Positions 1-8,525 are shown, numbered from the stretch's first letter. The stretch: DNA of 64,000 nucleotides from a virus (IMGVR_UViG_3300010362_000016:9453-73452); one strand, 5' to 3'. Notes: a model not told the origin generated them from the letters alone. Made by a program: numbers and translations.

Positions 1-98
1 CCTGGTCTGGTGGCCGCAGGTCAGGGTGACGGTCCAGGTCGAACCGAATTTCCTCATGGACTCGATCCTGGGCGGGGCTGGAGCCCCGCCCCCGTCCG

Positions 99-353
99 TC
101 ATCGGACCTCCTTCGCCAGATCGCCCACGCACGCCACGAAGCGAATCCCATGGACCGGCGTCATCCGGTTCAGCCGGGCGGCGCAGTTCCGAGCCCCCTC
201 CAGGCTGTAGCCCAGGAAGGCCTCCTTCGGATTCGTCGAAACGAACCCTTCCCCGGCCCGTCCGGTGTACCAGAGGGTTCCGCCCTCGGCGGTACGCCCT
301 ACGATGGGAACCATCTCGTTCCCGCTCTCTGCAACAACCACTGGGGTTTTCAT
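99..353 (-). CDS. hypothetical early protein (84 aa)
   Basis: ATG at 353 lies 7 nt after the -10 of the repeated promoter; MKTPVVV...LWYTGRAGEGFVS. Confidence 0.7.
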   Translation of the reverse strand: MKTPVVVAESGNEMVPIVGRTAEGGTLWYTGRAGEGFVSTNPKEAFLGYSLEGARNCAARLNRMTPVHGIRFVACVGDLAKEVR

Positions 354-360
354 ACTTCCT

Positions 361-389
361 AATATAGCACGTACGTGCGTACGTGTCAA
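361..389 (-). promoter_or_regulatory. repeated early promoter copy 1
   Basis: TTGACA-CGTACGCACGTACGTGC(17)-TATATT-7 nt-ATG. Confidence 0.85.
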
Positions 390-394
390 GCCCT

Positions 395-610
395 TCACAA
401 CGATTTCTTTTTGACCTCCGAGCCAAAGACCAGCCGCCAACGCCTCAGTCCTTTCTTCGAATGCTTATCGAAGTACTCCTCCGCCAGCTTCTCGTCCGGC
501 GACCGGAACACTGTAGACCACCTGCCCCAGCTTCCCGTCCGCCCATAGCCCCATCCCCGGTTCACCACCCCCAAAAAGTCCGCCGACTGCACCCGATATT
601 GCTTATTCAT
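395..610 (-). CDS. hypothetical protein (71 aa)
   Basis: ATG overlaps stop of upstream ORF; MNKQYRVQSADF. Confidence 0.6.
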   Translation of the reverse strand: MNKQYRVQSADFLGVVNRGWGYGRTGSWGRWSTVFRSPDEKLAEEYFDKHSKKGLRRWRLVFGSEVKKKSL

Positions 611-917
611 AATGCGGTCGCTTCTCCGGGAACTCGCCCGGCGCGTTGTCCTCATGCACATGGGCCTCGTAGAACCCGTCGCTGAGCACTGAGGATTTGT
701 CGCGCCTCCCCTGATTCGGGCCCCAGGCCCTGGAACGCAACCTACGGTTCAACCTCCACGCGTAGTGGTAAGCCCGATCCGACGACCGGAACATCCGGCA
801 GGTCCTCACCAACGAGCCCGCGTCGTACCACCAGCCGCCCTCCTCCGGCCCGCCATACATCCGGGCCACGTCATAAACCGACACGAAATAATTGTGCCGT
901 TCGCTTCGCTCACTCAT
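603..917 (-). CDS. conserved phage hypothetical protein (YGGPEEGGWWY motif)
   Basis: motif recalled from small soil/actinophage proteins; coupled overlaps on both sides. Confidence 0.7.
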   Translation of the reverse strand: MSERSERHNYFVSVYDVARMYGGPEEGGWWYDAGSLVRTCRMFRSSDRAYHYAWRLNRRLRSRAWGPNQGRRDKSSVLSDGFYEAHVHEDNAPGEFPEKRPHYE

Positions 918-1203
918 TTCCACCACCCTTGGGCGCGTGCTTGGCGCAAGCCCAGCCCCACCCCAGAATCAATTTCCCCTTATTCCTACAACCCCGGTTC
1001 CGCTTGTCGTCCAGGAACGCCTCGCACCGGCCCTGACGGGCCGGGGCTCCTACCTCCGTGACCACCTTCAACGTCTCCGGCCTGAAGACGTCCCAGTAAT
1101 GCCCCAGGCTCACGCTCACCAGCCCGTCCTGGGCGTAGCCCAGGACGGTTCCAATCCGCCCCTGGGAGGTCTCGACCTGGGTTCCTTTTTTGAACTCGCT
1201 CAT
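910..1203 (-). CDS. hypothetical early protein (97 aa)
   Basis: ATG 7 nt after -10 of promoter copy 2. Confidence 0.7.
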   Translation of the reverse strand: MSEFKKGTQVETSQGRIGTVLGYAQDGLVSVSLGHYWDVFRPETLKVVTEVGAPARQGRCEAFLDDKRNRGCRNKGKLILGWGWACAKHAPKGGGNE

Positions 1204-1210
1204 GTCAACC

Positions 1211-1240
1211 ACTATATCACATACGTGCTGACGTTGTCAA
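1211..1240 (-). promoter_or_regulatory. repeated early promoter copy 2
   Basis: TTGACA-ACGTCAGCACGTATGTGA(18)-TATAGT-7 nt-ATG; -35 contains the TGA stop of the upstream ORF. Confidence 0.85.
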
Positions 1241-1515
1241 GCCCCCCGGTTCACAATCACCTTCATAGTCCGTTCGCTGACGTCACAGATGCGAATCAAT
1301 CCAAGCTCCGAATCCGGAAGGCTCAACAACTTCTCGATCCCGCCGCGCCGCCGGACCACGCATTGGGGATGAGCGTACCTCTGGAACGCTCCGTGCTGCG
1401 GCTCCTTCGGCAGCGCAACTACCAGGGAACCCGCCGGACAATCGCCCACCTTGTAAAAGCCGATTCCTCCGCAAGCGATGCAATGTTCCATGCTTCTAAC
1501 AGAATGGCTATTCAT
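1237..1515 (-). CDS. hypothetical Cys-containing protein
   Basis: CIAC and HPQC motifs; fits between operon neighbours. Confidence 0.6.
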   Translation of the reverse strand: MNSHSVRSMEHCIACGGIGFYKVGDCPAGSLVVALPKEPQHGAFQRYAHPQCVVRRRGGIEKLLSLPDSELGLIRICDVSERTMKVIVNRGA

Positions 1516-1518
1516 GCG

Positions 1519-1746
1519 TCATTTTCCCCAGACGTCCGGCAGCATCACCCGGCAAATCGCCTCAAACAATCCATCAATCGCCTTCAGCGGCACGTCCCCA
1601 AAATCCGAAACCCCCCGCAGAACAACCATAACCTCCCTGGCGATCATCGCCTCCTTCAACCCGTCCCCAAGCTCCCGGTACACCGGATCATTAGCCAATT
1701 TTTTCGTAATGATCTTGACTTGCGCTTTCTCCCAGTTCTTCGTCAT
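1519..1746 (-). CDS. hypothetical protein (75 aa)
   Basis: ATGA overlap with upstream ORF. Confidence 0.6.
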   Translation of the reverse strand: MTKNWEKAQVKIITKKLANDPVYRELGDGLKEAMIAREVMVVLRGVSDFGDVPLKAIDGLFEAICRVMLPDVWGK

Positions 1747-2183
1747 CCCCGCTCCACCACCTTCTCCTCCCGCCCCGGCGTCGCCTCCGACTCGATCTCC
1801 TCCCGCCATCTCTCCACGTCCTTCAGGTCGTTCGACCAGTCCTTCTCCACGGTCCTCACTTCGCCGCTCAACCGGCTAAGGAACGTCACCACCCTCACAT
1901 ACTTCGCCGTCGCCCGGAACTCCTCCAGCTTCACCCGGTCCACGCAGGAAACATTCCACCACGCCCCCCTGAATTTAACGATCTTGTCCCCCGTCAGGAA
2001 CCCGCAAGGGGTATCCTTCACGAACGAGCCCCAGCCCTCTCCAGCCGAGTGGATCTTCCCGCAGCCGCACTTGCCCTTGTGCCGCGCCGCGAACGGGACC
2101 ATCCCGTACGCCTTCACCTGCGCGTCCTTCAGCCTCGCGGCCTGAAGTTCCCGGTAAGCCATCCTTTGTTTCAGCGTGCTCAT
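1743..2183 (-). CDS. hypothetical early protein (146 aa)
   Basis: ATG 7 nt after -10 of promoter copy 3; CGCG motif. Confidence 0.7.
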   Translation of the reverse strand: MSTLKQRMAYRELQAARLKDAQVKAYGMVPFAARHKGKCGCGKIHSAGEGWGSFVKDTPCGFLTGDKIVKFRGAWWNVSCVDRVKLEEFRATAKYVRVVTFLSRLSGEVRTVEKDWSNDLKDVERWREEIESEATPGREEKVVERG

Positions 2184-2190
2184 ATCAACC

Positions 2191-2220
2191 ACTATACCAC
2201 GTACGTCACTACGTTGTCAA
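2191..2220 (-). promoter_or_regulatory. repeated early promoter copy 3
   Basis: TTGACA-ACGTAGTGACGTACGTGG(18)-TATAGT-7 nt-ATG. Confidence 0.85.
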
Positions 2221-2222
2221 GC

Positions 2223-2498
2223 TCATCCAAAAAAGCGCTCCAGGGCCTGCATGATCATCTGCTTCGGAGTCCCTGACAATTCCAGTTCCTCCAGGTCCAC
2301 GTCGTCCACCGAGTAGGTAGGATAGGCCGGGTAGATTTCCCCGGCCTCCTCTCTCTTTTTAGCTTCCGCGACGTCCTCGGCGTAGCCGCGCTTCAGGCTG
2401 GCCAGCCCGGCGGCTCGTTTCTTCTGGGACCAGAAGAACCACCGCACGAAACCATCAGGAGCAGCCTCGTCCCGGTAGGTGAGAAAATAAAGCGTCAT
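2223..2498 (-). CDS. hypothetical protein
   Basis: ORF with GGAG-type RBS in leftward operon. Confidence 0.6.
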   Translation of the reverse strand: MTLYFLTYRDEAAPDGFVRWFFWSQKKRAAGLASLKRGYAEDVAEAKKREEAGEIYPAYPTYSVDDVDLEELELSGTPKQMIMQALERFFG

Positions 2499-2505
2499 CT
2501 CCTTC

Positions 2506-2754
2506 TCAAAGGACTTCCCACCAGCGGCAACTCAACGCCAGCCGTGGATCATCGGTAGGCTGACCGTTCGCGTCCAGCGCGTCGGAGATCATCTTCTTAT
2601 CCCCAAAAGCCGTCAGCTTCACCTCGCCCATCGGCCCGTCGAACATGACCGTGATTTTCCTCGCGTCCGGGCTGGTTTCCGTAATCGTCCCGTCCCACTT
2701 CACCGGGCTACCCTCAACCTTCATCCGGATGCGTTGTTCCTTCTTCGTCGCCAT
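2506..2754 (-). CDS. hypothetical protein
   Basis: abuts neighbours in leftward operon. Confidence 0.6.
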   Translation of the reverse strand: MATKKEQRIRMKVEGSPVKWDGTITETSPDARKITVMFDGPMGEVKLTAFGDKKMISDALDANGQPTDDPRLALSCRWWEVL

Positions 2755-3000
2755 TTAAACGGCCCCCCACGGTTTGATTCCAGTCAATCCCTTACGGCTG
2801 ATCAGCTTCGGTTCGCATCCCTTATTCCAGGTCAATGCGCCATCGAACTCGCTAACCGTGGTGTCCGGATGGCAGAGGTACGCCACATAGCGCCTGGGGC
2901 GTGATGCGTTCTTTACCGCTTCCTCCAACAGAGGCGCACGTCCCCAGCAGTGGTTGTCTCCAACCACGATCACATCCCAGTCTTTAATGTTTATTTCCAT
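2755..3000 (-). CDS. hypothetical protein
   Basis: RBS AAGGA/GGACG upstream; abuts neighbours. Confidence 0.6.
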   Translation of the reverse strand: MEINIKDWDVIVVGDNHCWGRAPLLEEAVKNASRPRRYVAYLCHPDTTVSEFDGALTWNKGCEPKLISRKGLTGIKPWGAV

Positions 3001-3013
3001 GTCGTCCTTTTCC

Positions 3014-3301
3014 TTATTCCCACAGAACCCTGTGGATCAAAATTGCGTTGCCCACGATCTCGGTGTTGGCCAGCGTGGAGGCGTTCGAGTTGAACGGTAG
3101 GCCCAGGCGTCTGCCGTCCTCGTTCACGATCATGTCCAGGGCAGGCTTCAACGGAACGTGCTCGATGTAGCCGCCCACCAGGGCCTGGAGTTCCGCCAGG
3201 GTGAATTTATCGCCCTTGGGGCTGATATCCGCCATGGAGCCATCCGGGCGGATTAACCGGGCCGTCCTGGGCGTCTTAGCCGTCTTCTCTGTTTTCTTCA
3301 T
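3014..3301 (-). CDS. DUF3846-family protein
   Basis: LAELQALVGGYIEHV...MIVNEDG..LGLPFN...IVGNAIL matches the DUF3846 pattern. Confidence 0.8.
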   Translation of the reverse strand: MKKTEKTAKTPRTARLIRPDGSMADISPKGDKFTLAELQALVGGYIEHVPLKPALDMIVNEDGRRLGLPFNSNASTLANTEIVGNAILIHRVLWE

Positions 3302-3308
3302 CTCTTCA

Positions 3309-3338
3309 ACTATACCACGTATGTCACTACGTTGTCAA
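3309..3338 (-). promoter_or_regulatory. repeated early promoter copy 4
   Basis: TTGACA-ACGTAGTGACATACGTGG(18)-TATAGT-7 nt-ATG. Confidence 0.85.
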
Positions 3339-3596
3339 GTCCTCGTCTTCCACATATTCCGGCTCCGGCCACTCCTCAACCGGCGGCGCGGGCCGCTGCT
3401 TCTCCAGGTCCCCACACACGATACAACCGTGCTTCGGGCACACCGGCCCATGAAACGGATCAACCCCGCAGTCAGGACCGTCCAGTTCCACCCCGTCATG
3501 ACAAACCGGGCAATCCAGCGGACCTTCGGAACCGAAGGCTTCATCAATATGCCGCTGGGTGCATCCAGGCGGCAGGCTCCATCCAAATTTGCTCAT
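3327..3596 (-). CDS. Cys-rich hypothetical protein
   Basis: WSLPPGC, CPVC, CPKHGCIVC; ATG 6 nt after -10 of copy 5 (alternative ATG at 3602). Confidence 0.65.
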   Translation of the reverse strand: MSKFGWSLPPGCTQRHIDEAFGSEGPLDCPVCHDGVELDGPDCGVDPFHGPVCPKHGCIVCGDLEKQRPAPPVEEWPEPEYVEDEDLTT

Positions 3597-3602
3597 ATTC
3601 AT

Positions 3603-3632
3603 ACAATATCACGTACGTCGCGACGTTGTCAA
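3603..3632 (-). promoter_or_regulatory. repeated early promoter copy 5
   Basis: TTGACA-ACGTCGCGACGTACGTGA(18)-TATTGT-6 nt-ATG. Confidence 0.8.
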
Positions 3633-3660
3633 GGCCCGGGGGGCTGGGCCCCCCGGGGTT

Positions 3661-4482
3661 TCACCCCTTGTTCTCCAGGACCTTCGGGCGGGAGATCTTC
3701 GTTTGCTTCTCCTCTTTGTATTCACTGTGCTCCGCCACGGTCGCCTTCACCTTCACCGTCTCGCCCTTGCCCGCGAAATTCCCGCTGCCCTTGTAAACGA
3801 TCCGGTTCCCTGCCGCGTCGCGGCACAGGTAAATCGAGGAAGGCGCGAAGCCGTAAGCCAGGGCCGGGAGGTGAATCACATGATCCACGGTCACCTCGAA
3901 CTCCATCCGCTTCCCAACCTCACCGACATACTGCGAAGCCATCCGGGCCTCAGCCTTGGCCTTCAGCCGGTCCAGGCTCCGCTTCGCAGCGTCCACCTGC
4001 GGCCCGGTCAGCGAACCCCAGGTCTTCAGCTTCGCCACGAGGTCCGCCAGGAACATGTCCCCCGGCAGAGCTTCCATTGCTTCCACCAGCCCAGGGTTCT
4101 CCGCCTCGAACGCCTCCAGCTTCTTCGCCAGTTCAACTTCCTTCTCGATCCTCGCCGCTTCGGCCTTCTCAGCCTTTTTCGCGTCACGCTTCGCCTGAGC
4201 CACGTTCAATTTCTCCAGTCTGTCCGCCTTATACAACCGCTCCGTCCTCACCGGCCCGATTCCAGTCCCCTGGCACTCGTAGCAGGTCCATCCGGTGAAT
4301 CTCCATGCCATCGATCCGCCCGCGCCGCCGCAGCGTCCGCAGCGATCCTGATACGAATACTTCGCCGTCCCCTTCGCCTCATCCACGGAATGAACCCGGC
4401 CCTGGTACGTCGTCCCTTCCCTGGTCAGCCAGGAAGCCACCGGCTCCGTCGCCGTCGTCATCGTCTCTACTGTCGTCGTCAT
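3661..4482 (-). CDS. Zn-finger plus C-terminal OB-fold-like protein (273 aa)
   Basis: CGRCGGAG...CYECQGTG; C-terminal YVGEVGKR...KATVAEHSEYKEEKQTKISRPK. Confidence 0.7.
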   Translation of the reverse strand: MTTTVETMTTATEPVASWLTREGTTYQGRVHSVDEAKGTAKYSYQDRCGRCGGAGGSMAWRFTGWTCYECQGTGIGPVRTERLYKADRLEKLNVAQAKRDAKKAEKAEAARIEKEVELAKKLEAFEAENPGLVEAMEALPGDMFLADLVAKLKTWGSLTGPQVDAAKRSLDRLKAKAEARMASQYVGEVGKRMEFEVTVDHVIHLPALAYGFAPSSIYLCRDAAGNRIVYKGSGNFAGKGETVKVKATVAEHSEYKEEKQTKISRPKVLENKG

Positions 4483-4489
4483 ATTTAAT

Positions 4490-4518
4490 ATACTAGCAGA
4501 CGTACGTGTGTATGTCAA
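4490..4518 (-). promoter_or_regulatory. repeated early promoter copy 6
   Basis: TTGACA-TACACACGTACGTCTGC(17)-TAGTAT-7 nt-ATG. Confidence 0.8.
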
Positions 4519-4546
4519 GCCCCCGGCTAATTATTTTCCCCGAGCC

Positions 4547-5395
4547 TCACGCGCACTGCGGCCACATCTCCGCCGCGACGGCCTTCGGCACGTATCCATC
4601 CTTCAGCTTGTCCTGGATCTGGACCAGCGACAGCTTCGCCTTGAACGTGTGATTCATCCGCTTCTCGGCTCCGACATATTCGTCCAGTAGTTCCGGGTTG
4701 TGATACCCGGCCAGCAGCAACGCCTCCGGCGGCGCAAAAATACAAAACACGCAACTCAACCTGGGCATCCCCAGGTCATAAGCGAAGTGATACTTCAATC
4801 CCTTCTCGCGAATGTAAGCCCACACCTCAACCTCGCTCCAGGCCTGGATCGGCAACCAGTTCTCCACAGTCCTACGCCCGTTGCTTACCCTGGTATTAAC
4901 CTCCAGCACCGGCTTCTCGGCCCGCTTCGGGCTCTCCTCGGCCCGCAATCCCATACAATTCAGAATCCTCACCGGGCGTCCCTTATACCGCGAATTGATA
5001 TTCCCGGGCTTATTCAACCCCGCGCTAAGGTTCTCCATGATGAACTCATTGGTCAAGGCCGTGATCAGAACTTCAACCTGACCTCGCTTCTGGTCCGAGG
5101 TACACCAGCGGTTCCCGGAGTCCGGCCACTTCCCTCTCTCAAACTCGGCTTGGTGGAGCAAGTCGCCCTGGGGGCGGCTTACGACATACATAGGCACCCC
5201 GTACTTATCGCACTGCTCCTGAGCCAGGGCCTTCGTCCCCTTCCATTCCACCCTTCCCAGGTCACAGTGAACCGCTTCCACCCTCTCAGCTACTCCTTGA
5301 TCAACAGCCATCCCGTAAACGTAATCGAGCATCGCGAGGGAGTCCTTCCCGGCGGAGGTGTTGATCAGGATCACGTCGTATTGCGTCAGGTCCAT
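4547..5395 (-). CDS. PAPS reductase family protein (PP-loop; CysH/DndC-like)
   Basis: NTSAGKDSLAML PP-loop, RWCT, GLRAEES..RA, WLPI..W...EVW.Y, RLSCVFC. Confidence 0.88.
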   Translation of the reverse strand: MDLTQYDVILINTSAGKDSLAMLDYVYGMAVDQGVAERVEAVHCDLGRVEWKGTKALAQEQCDKYGVPMYVVSRPQGDLLHQAEFERGKWPDSGNRWCTSDQKRGQVEVLITALTNEFIMENLSAGLNKPGNINSRYKGRPVRILNCMGLRAEESPKRAEKPVLEVNTRVSNGRRTVENWLPIQAWSEVEVWAYIREKGLKYHFAYDLGMPRLSCVFCIFAPPEALLLAGYHNPELLDEYVGAEKRMNHTFKAKLSLVQIQDKLKDGYVPKAVAAEMWPQCA

Positions 5396-5402
5396 GTAAG
5401 AC

Positions 5403-5431
5403 ACTATAGCACATACGTGAGTAAGTGTCAA
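5403..5431 (-). promoter_or_regulatory. repeated early promoter copy 7
   Basis: TTGACA-CTTACTCACGTATGTGC(17)-TATAGT-7 nt-ATG. Confidence 0.85.
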
Positions 5432-5495
5432 GCACTTCCGCAAAGAAACCGTCGAATTTTCGTCCGGCCCGAGGTATCATGGAATTTCATCCTCT

Positions 5496-5525
5496 ATCCT
5501 AGCACATACGTGCGTACGTTGTCCA
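5496..5525 (-). promoter_or_regulatory. repeated early promoter copy 8 (degenerate)
   Basis: TGGACA-ACGTACGCACGTATGTGC(18)-TAGGAT-5 nt-ATG of a 20-codon ORF. Confidence 0.6.
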
Positions 5526-5811
5526 GTTACTCGGAACTTGTAACGGTTCCGTTCAACGTTCGTAACGAAGTCGTAACGTCGTCGGCGTTACTTGCGCGGA
5601 TGACCCCTCTCGACCGTTTTTTACGCCTGGATGCTCCATCGGACCCGGCCTGAAAATTTACAAATTTTCAGACCGGCTATTCCCAAAATCCCCTTACTTC
5701 AAAAAAGTCGTTTTGACTTTTCCCCTTTTTGAATAAGTCCCCAAAACGTACACCTGTCCGAATCCCGACACTCTTGCATGCAAAATCCTTCCATGCCAGA
5801 ATGGGGAAAAT

Positions 5812-6189
5812 TTGGAGAAAAATCCTATCAAATCCAAATCTAAGTCTCCCCGACCTTCCCGAACATCCCCCAACGGAACTCCTCCGGGTTCGTCCAGGCA
5901 ACCCAAAGGCAAACGTCTCCGGGCCGGTCGCCCGCCTTCAGGACTCTATCCCCAGTTCTCCCGAACTGACCTTGCCAAGCAACTCAACACCACTGTCCGG
6001 ACCATTTCCAGGGTCCTTCTTGGTGAGCGAAAATGCACCATGAGCCAGGGCCTTCGCCTCGCTCACATCTTCGGAGTCTCGGTCGAGCGTCTCGACCGGC
6101 AACTCCGCACCGCCCAGGATCGGTTTCTCCGCTCAGTCAAGAAACGCCGCCGGGACTCTCCTCAAGGATCTCCGAGAGGTCCAAGATGA
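5812..6189 (+). CDS. XRE/Cro-like helix-turn-helix regulator
   Basis: SRTDLAKQLNTTVRTISRVLLGERKCTMSQGLRLAHIFGV; divergent from early genes; TTG start uncertain. Confidence 0.8.
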   Translation: MEKNPIKSKSKSPRPSRTSPNGTPPGSSRQPKGKRLRAGRPPSGLYPQFSRTDLAKQLNTTVRTISRVLLGERKCTMSQGLRLAHIFGVSVERLDRQLRTAQDRFLRSVKKRRRDSPQGSPRGPR

Positions 6190-6923
6190 CATCTACCCTC
6201 GAAAATGTTTGCCAGGAGTTTTCTCAGGTCGCCCGTCCGATCCTGCTCAAGCACTTCACGCCGAACTGCTGCATCGGCGCAAGCGCCGTAACGATCAAGG
6301 TCCTCCGCGCACTCGGCTTCCAGGCGACTCCGCTCCCAGTCAAAGTCCGAATCTACAACCCCGAATTCATCCGTCAGGCAGTCAGGATGGGAAAGCTTCC
6401 CTCACCCACGGAACTCCAAGGAAATTCCTGGGCTGTCGGGATCGGCTGGCCTGCTCCTCATCTCACGGATTTCATCGGCCACCTTGTCGTCATCGCTTCA
6501 GCGTCAGCAAACTCCTCGACAACAAATCCTGGTGGATGGTTTCTCATCGACGCAAGCATTCAACAAGCCAGCCGCCCTAATAAGGATCTTGTCTTACCTC
6601 CAGTCCTTATCAAAGAAGTCCCCCTGGACTTCCGCCTGGGACGATCTCCTCTCACCATCGACGAACCTTTCGGTCTCCTGATTTATCAACCCTTCAAAAA
6701 CATGAGTTGGAGACGCGCCCCGGATTGGCTCGATTCGAAGCGCCACGCCCAACCGGTTCAGGAGATCCTCGACAAACTCTCAAACAAAGTGCTCAAGGTG
6801 CCCAACAACAACGATGAACAACAAACCAGACTCTCCAACAACGAATACGACGACGCACTGGAGCCAGACTCCCGAAGGCAGACGCCGGATCTCGGCCATG
6901 CGCCGGAAAACAGTCCGGGATAA
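6186..6923 (+). CDS. hypothetical protein, possible transglutaminase/papain-like Cys-His-Asp fold
   Basis: ATGA overlap; NCCIGAS...GHLVV...LIDAS. Confidence 0.55.
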   Translation: MTSTLENVCQEFSQVARPILLKHFTPNCCIGASAVTIKVLRALGFQATPLPVKVRIYNPEFIRQAVRMGKLPSPTELQGNSWAVGIGWPAPHLTDFIGHLVVIASASANSSTTNPGGWFLIDASIQQASRPNKDLVLPPVLIKEVPLDFRLGRSPLTIDEPFGLLIYQPFKNMSWRRAPDWLDSKRHAQPVQEILDKLSNKVLKVPNNNDEQQTRLSNNEYDDALEPDSRRQTPDLGHAPENSPG

Positions 6924-7404
6924 AGCTCGCGCCAAAGCCATGGCCTCTTCACAAGAGGATCAAGGACAAGACAAGCTTCACCTGCTTTACGCCCTTCCCG
7001 GCCTCGAACTCGGCGTCATGGAACTCGTCGCCAAAATAAACAAGATCCGTGCAATCCTCGGCCAAGGACCTTGGACTCTCCCGACGGCGTCTGCAATGCC
7101 GTCGTCTTCCATCGAAGAAGCAAACACGCCCAACGGCGCTTCGGGAGAAGCTCCTCGCCGAAAGATCAGCGTCGCGGGCCGCAAGAGGATCATCGCCGCA
7201 ACCAAAAAGAGATGGGCGGCTCACAGGGCCGCTAAAGCTTTAGCTTCGACGACCGAAGCTTCCCCTTCACCGACCCTGGAGCAACCCAAACGCAAATACA
7301 ACGTCAGCCGGGCCGGACTGAAAGCCATGCGAACCAACGCCGCCAAGGCCCGCGCCGTCCGCGCCCGCAACGTTAAACTCAAACAACAAGGCAAAACTAG
7401 ATAA
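6814..7404 (+). CDS. highly basic putative nucleic-acid-binding protein with three basic helical repeats
   Basis: TPEGRRRISAM / SVAGRKRIIAATKKRWA / SRAGLKAMRTNAAKARA. Confidence 0.6.
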   Translation: MNNKPDSPTTNTTTHWSQTPEGRRRISAMRRKTVRDKARAKAMASSQEDQGQDKLHLLYALPGLELGVMELVAKINKIRAILGQGPWTLPTASAMPSSSIEEANTPNGASGEAPRRKISVAGRKRIIAATKKRWAAHRAAKALASTTEASPSPTLEQPKRKYNVSRAGLKAMRTNAAKARAVRARNVKLKQQGKTR

Positions 7405-7575
7405 CCTTTTGAACAATGATGACCTCCGTTGCTCTCAACGAACCAACCGGCTGCGGCAAAACCTACATCGTGATAGGCCTCGTCTGCGGCAAAACCTTCC
7501 CCTTAATCTGCATCGTCAACGAGCAACGGCAACCTTCAATCAACATCTCAGGAAAAAACAGGAACCAAACCAACC

Positions 7576-7908
7576 ATGACAGTGAAATTTTCAAATCTAC
7601 AAATCAACGCACTCCGTCTCTTCATGGAGGGAGGCCACCAGGGTCTGATGAACTTCGACGAGTTCACCCAGATCGACCAGCGAATCACCTCCGGTCTCGG
7701 TCGAAGGAAAATTCCCTTCCTCCGCAAGATCGGCTCCGATACTTTCGCCCTGACCAGGGAAGGAATGGACGCCTGGAAGCTCTTCGAATCGACAGACGTT
7801 TTCAGGAAGATCCAATCCACTTCCATCGCGAAGTGCTTCGCGACAACCAAAATGGGGATTGTCCGATCCCAGAGATCTCCTGGCAAAGCCAGATCAAGGG
7901 CCGCTTGA
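7576..7908 (+). CDS. hypothetical protein
   Basis: 110-aa ORF with protein-like composition. Confidence 0.55.
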   Translation: MTVKFSNLQINALRLFMEGGHQGLMNFDEFTQIDQRITSGLGRRKIPFLRKIGSDTFALTREGMDAWKLFESTDVFRKIQSTSIAKCFATTKMGIVRSQRSPGKARSRAA

Positions 7909-7997
7909 TCAACCCGGGGATACCAGAGCTTCCATTGCCATTCCGGACAATGGAGCAGACCTCCAGTCCGATAACTAGAGACTGGAAGGGAGGGAGA

Positions 7998-8525
7998 ATG
8001 TCCATACCGATCATGGAAGAAATTTGCAGAGCGTTAAAGGATGTGACGGAAGAAGATGTCAGGATGGCGGAGATGGATCTCTGCGAAGATCGTGTGTCGA
8101 ATGGGGATAGGGTGATAGGGGTAGTTAATCAGGAAGCAAAGAGGATTTGGGCGCTGAGTTGGAAGTATCGAGGGTCCAGGTTGAAAGCGCAGTTGGAGGA
8201 GAAGTTTAACGCCCAGAGTCTGGAGGAGAGGAAGAGGTTTCATGTGGATGGGCAGATGTGGGCGGGATATGAGGAGGTGGTGAGGGATTTGTTTTGGCTG
8301 GCGGTGAAGAAGCAGTTCAAGGAGGAGGTGTGTGAGGTAGAGGGGATTGGGTTGAGAGGAGGGTTTACGGTGGTGGTGTTGTCGGTGAAGAGCGGGCAGG
8401 AGGAGGAAATGGGGGCGATGAGGGAGTTGTTCAGGGGGTTGAGGGAGGTTCAGGAGGAGATGAATGGAGAGGCGGAGGCTGAAGAGGAGGAGAAGAAGAA
8501 GAGGAAGAGGAGAACGTTGAATTAA
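7998..8525 (+). CDS. hypothetical acidic protein (175 aa)
   Basis: GGGAG RBS before ATG 7998. Confidence 0.65.
   Translation: MSIPIMEEICRALKDVTEEDVRMAEMDLCEDRVSNGDRVIGVVNQEAKRIWALSWKYRGSRLKAQLEEKFNAQSLEERKRFHVDGQMWAGYEEVVRDLFWLAVKKQFKEEVCEVEGIGLRGGFTVVVLSVKSGQEEEMGAMRELFRGLREVQEEMNGEAEAEEEEKKKRKRRTLN

Noticed and set aside
361-5525. Repeated ACGT motif as a CRISPR array
   Set aside because: Copies are degenerate, 0.1-1.1 kb apart, separated by genes, and match promoter geometry
892-5653. Long plus-strand ORFs (892..2145, 3201..4298, 3559..4488, 4700..5653)
   Set aside because: Antisense shadows of promoter-supported, motif-bearing minus-strand genes; Pro/Arg-rich with no family signal
7416-7997. 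369-aa ORF 7416..8525 with GCGKT Walker-A-like string
   Set aside because: No further NTPase motifs; overlaps the better ORF 7576..7908; a strong RBS supports a start at 7998
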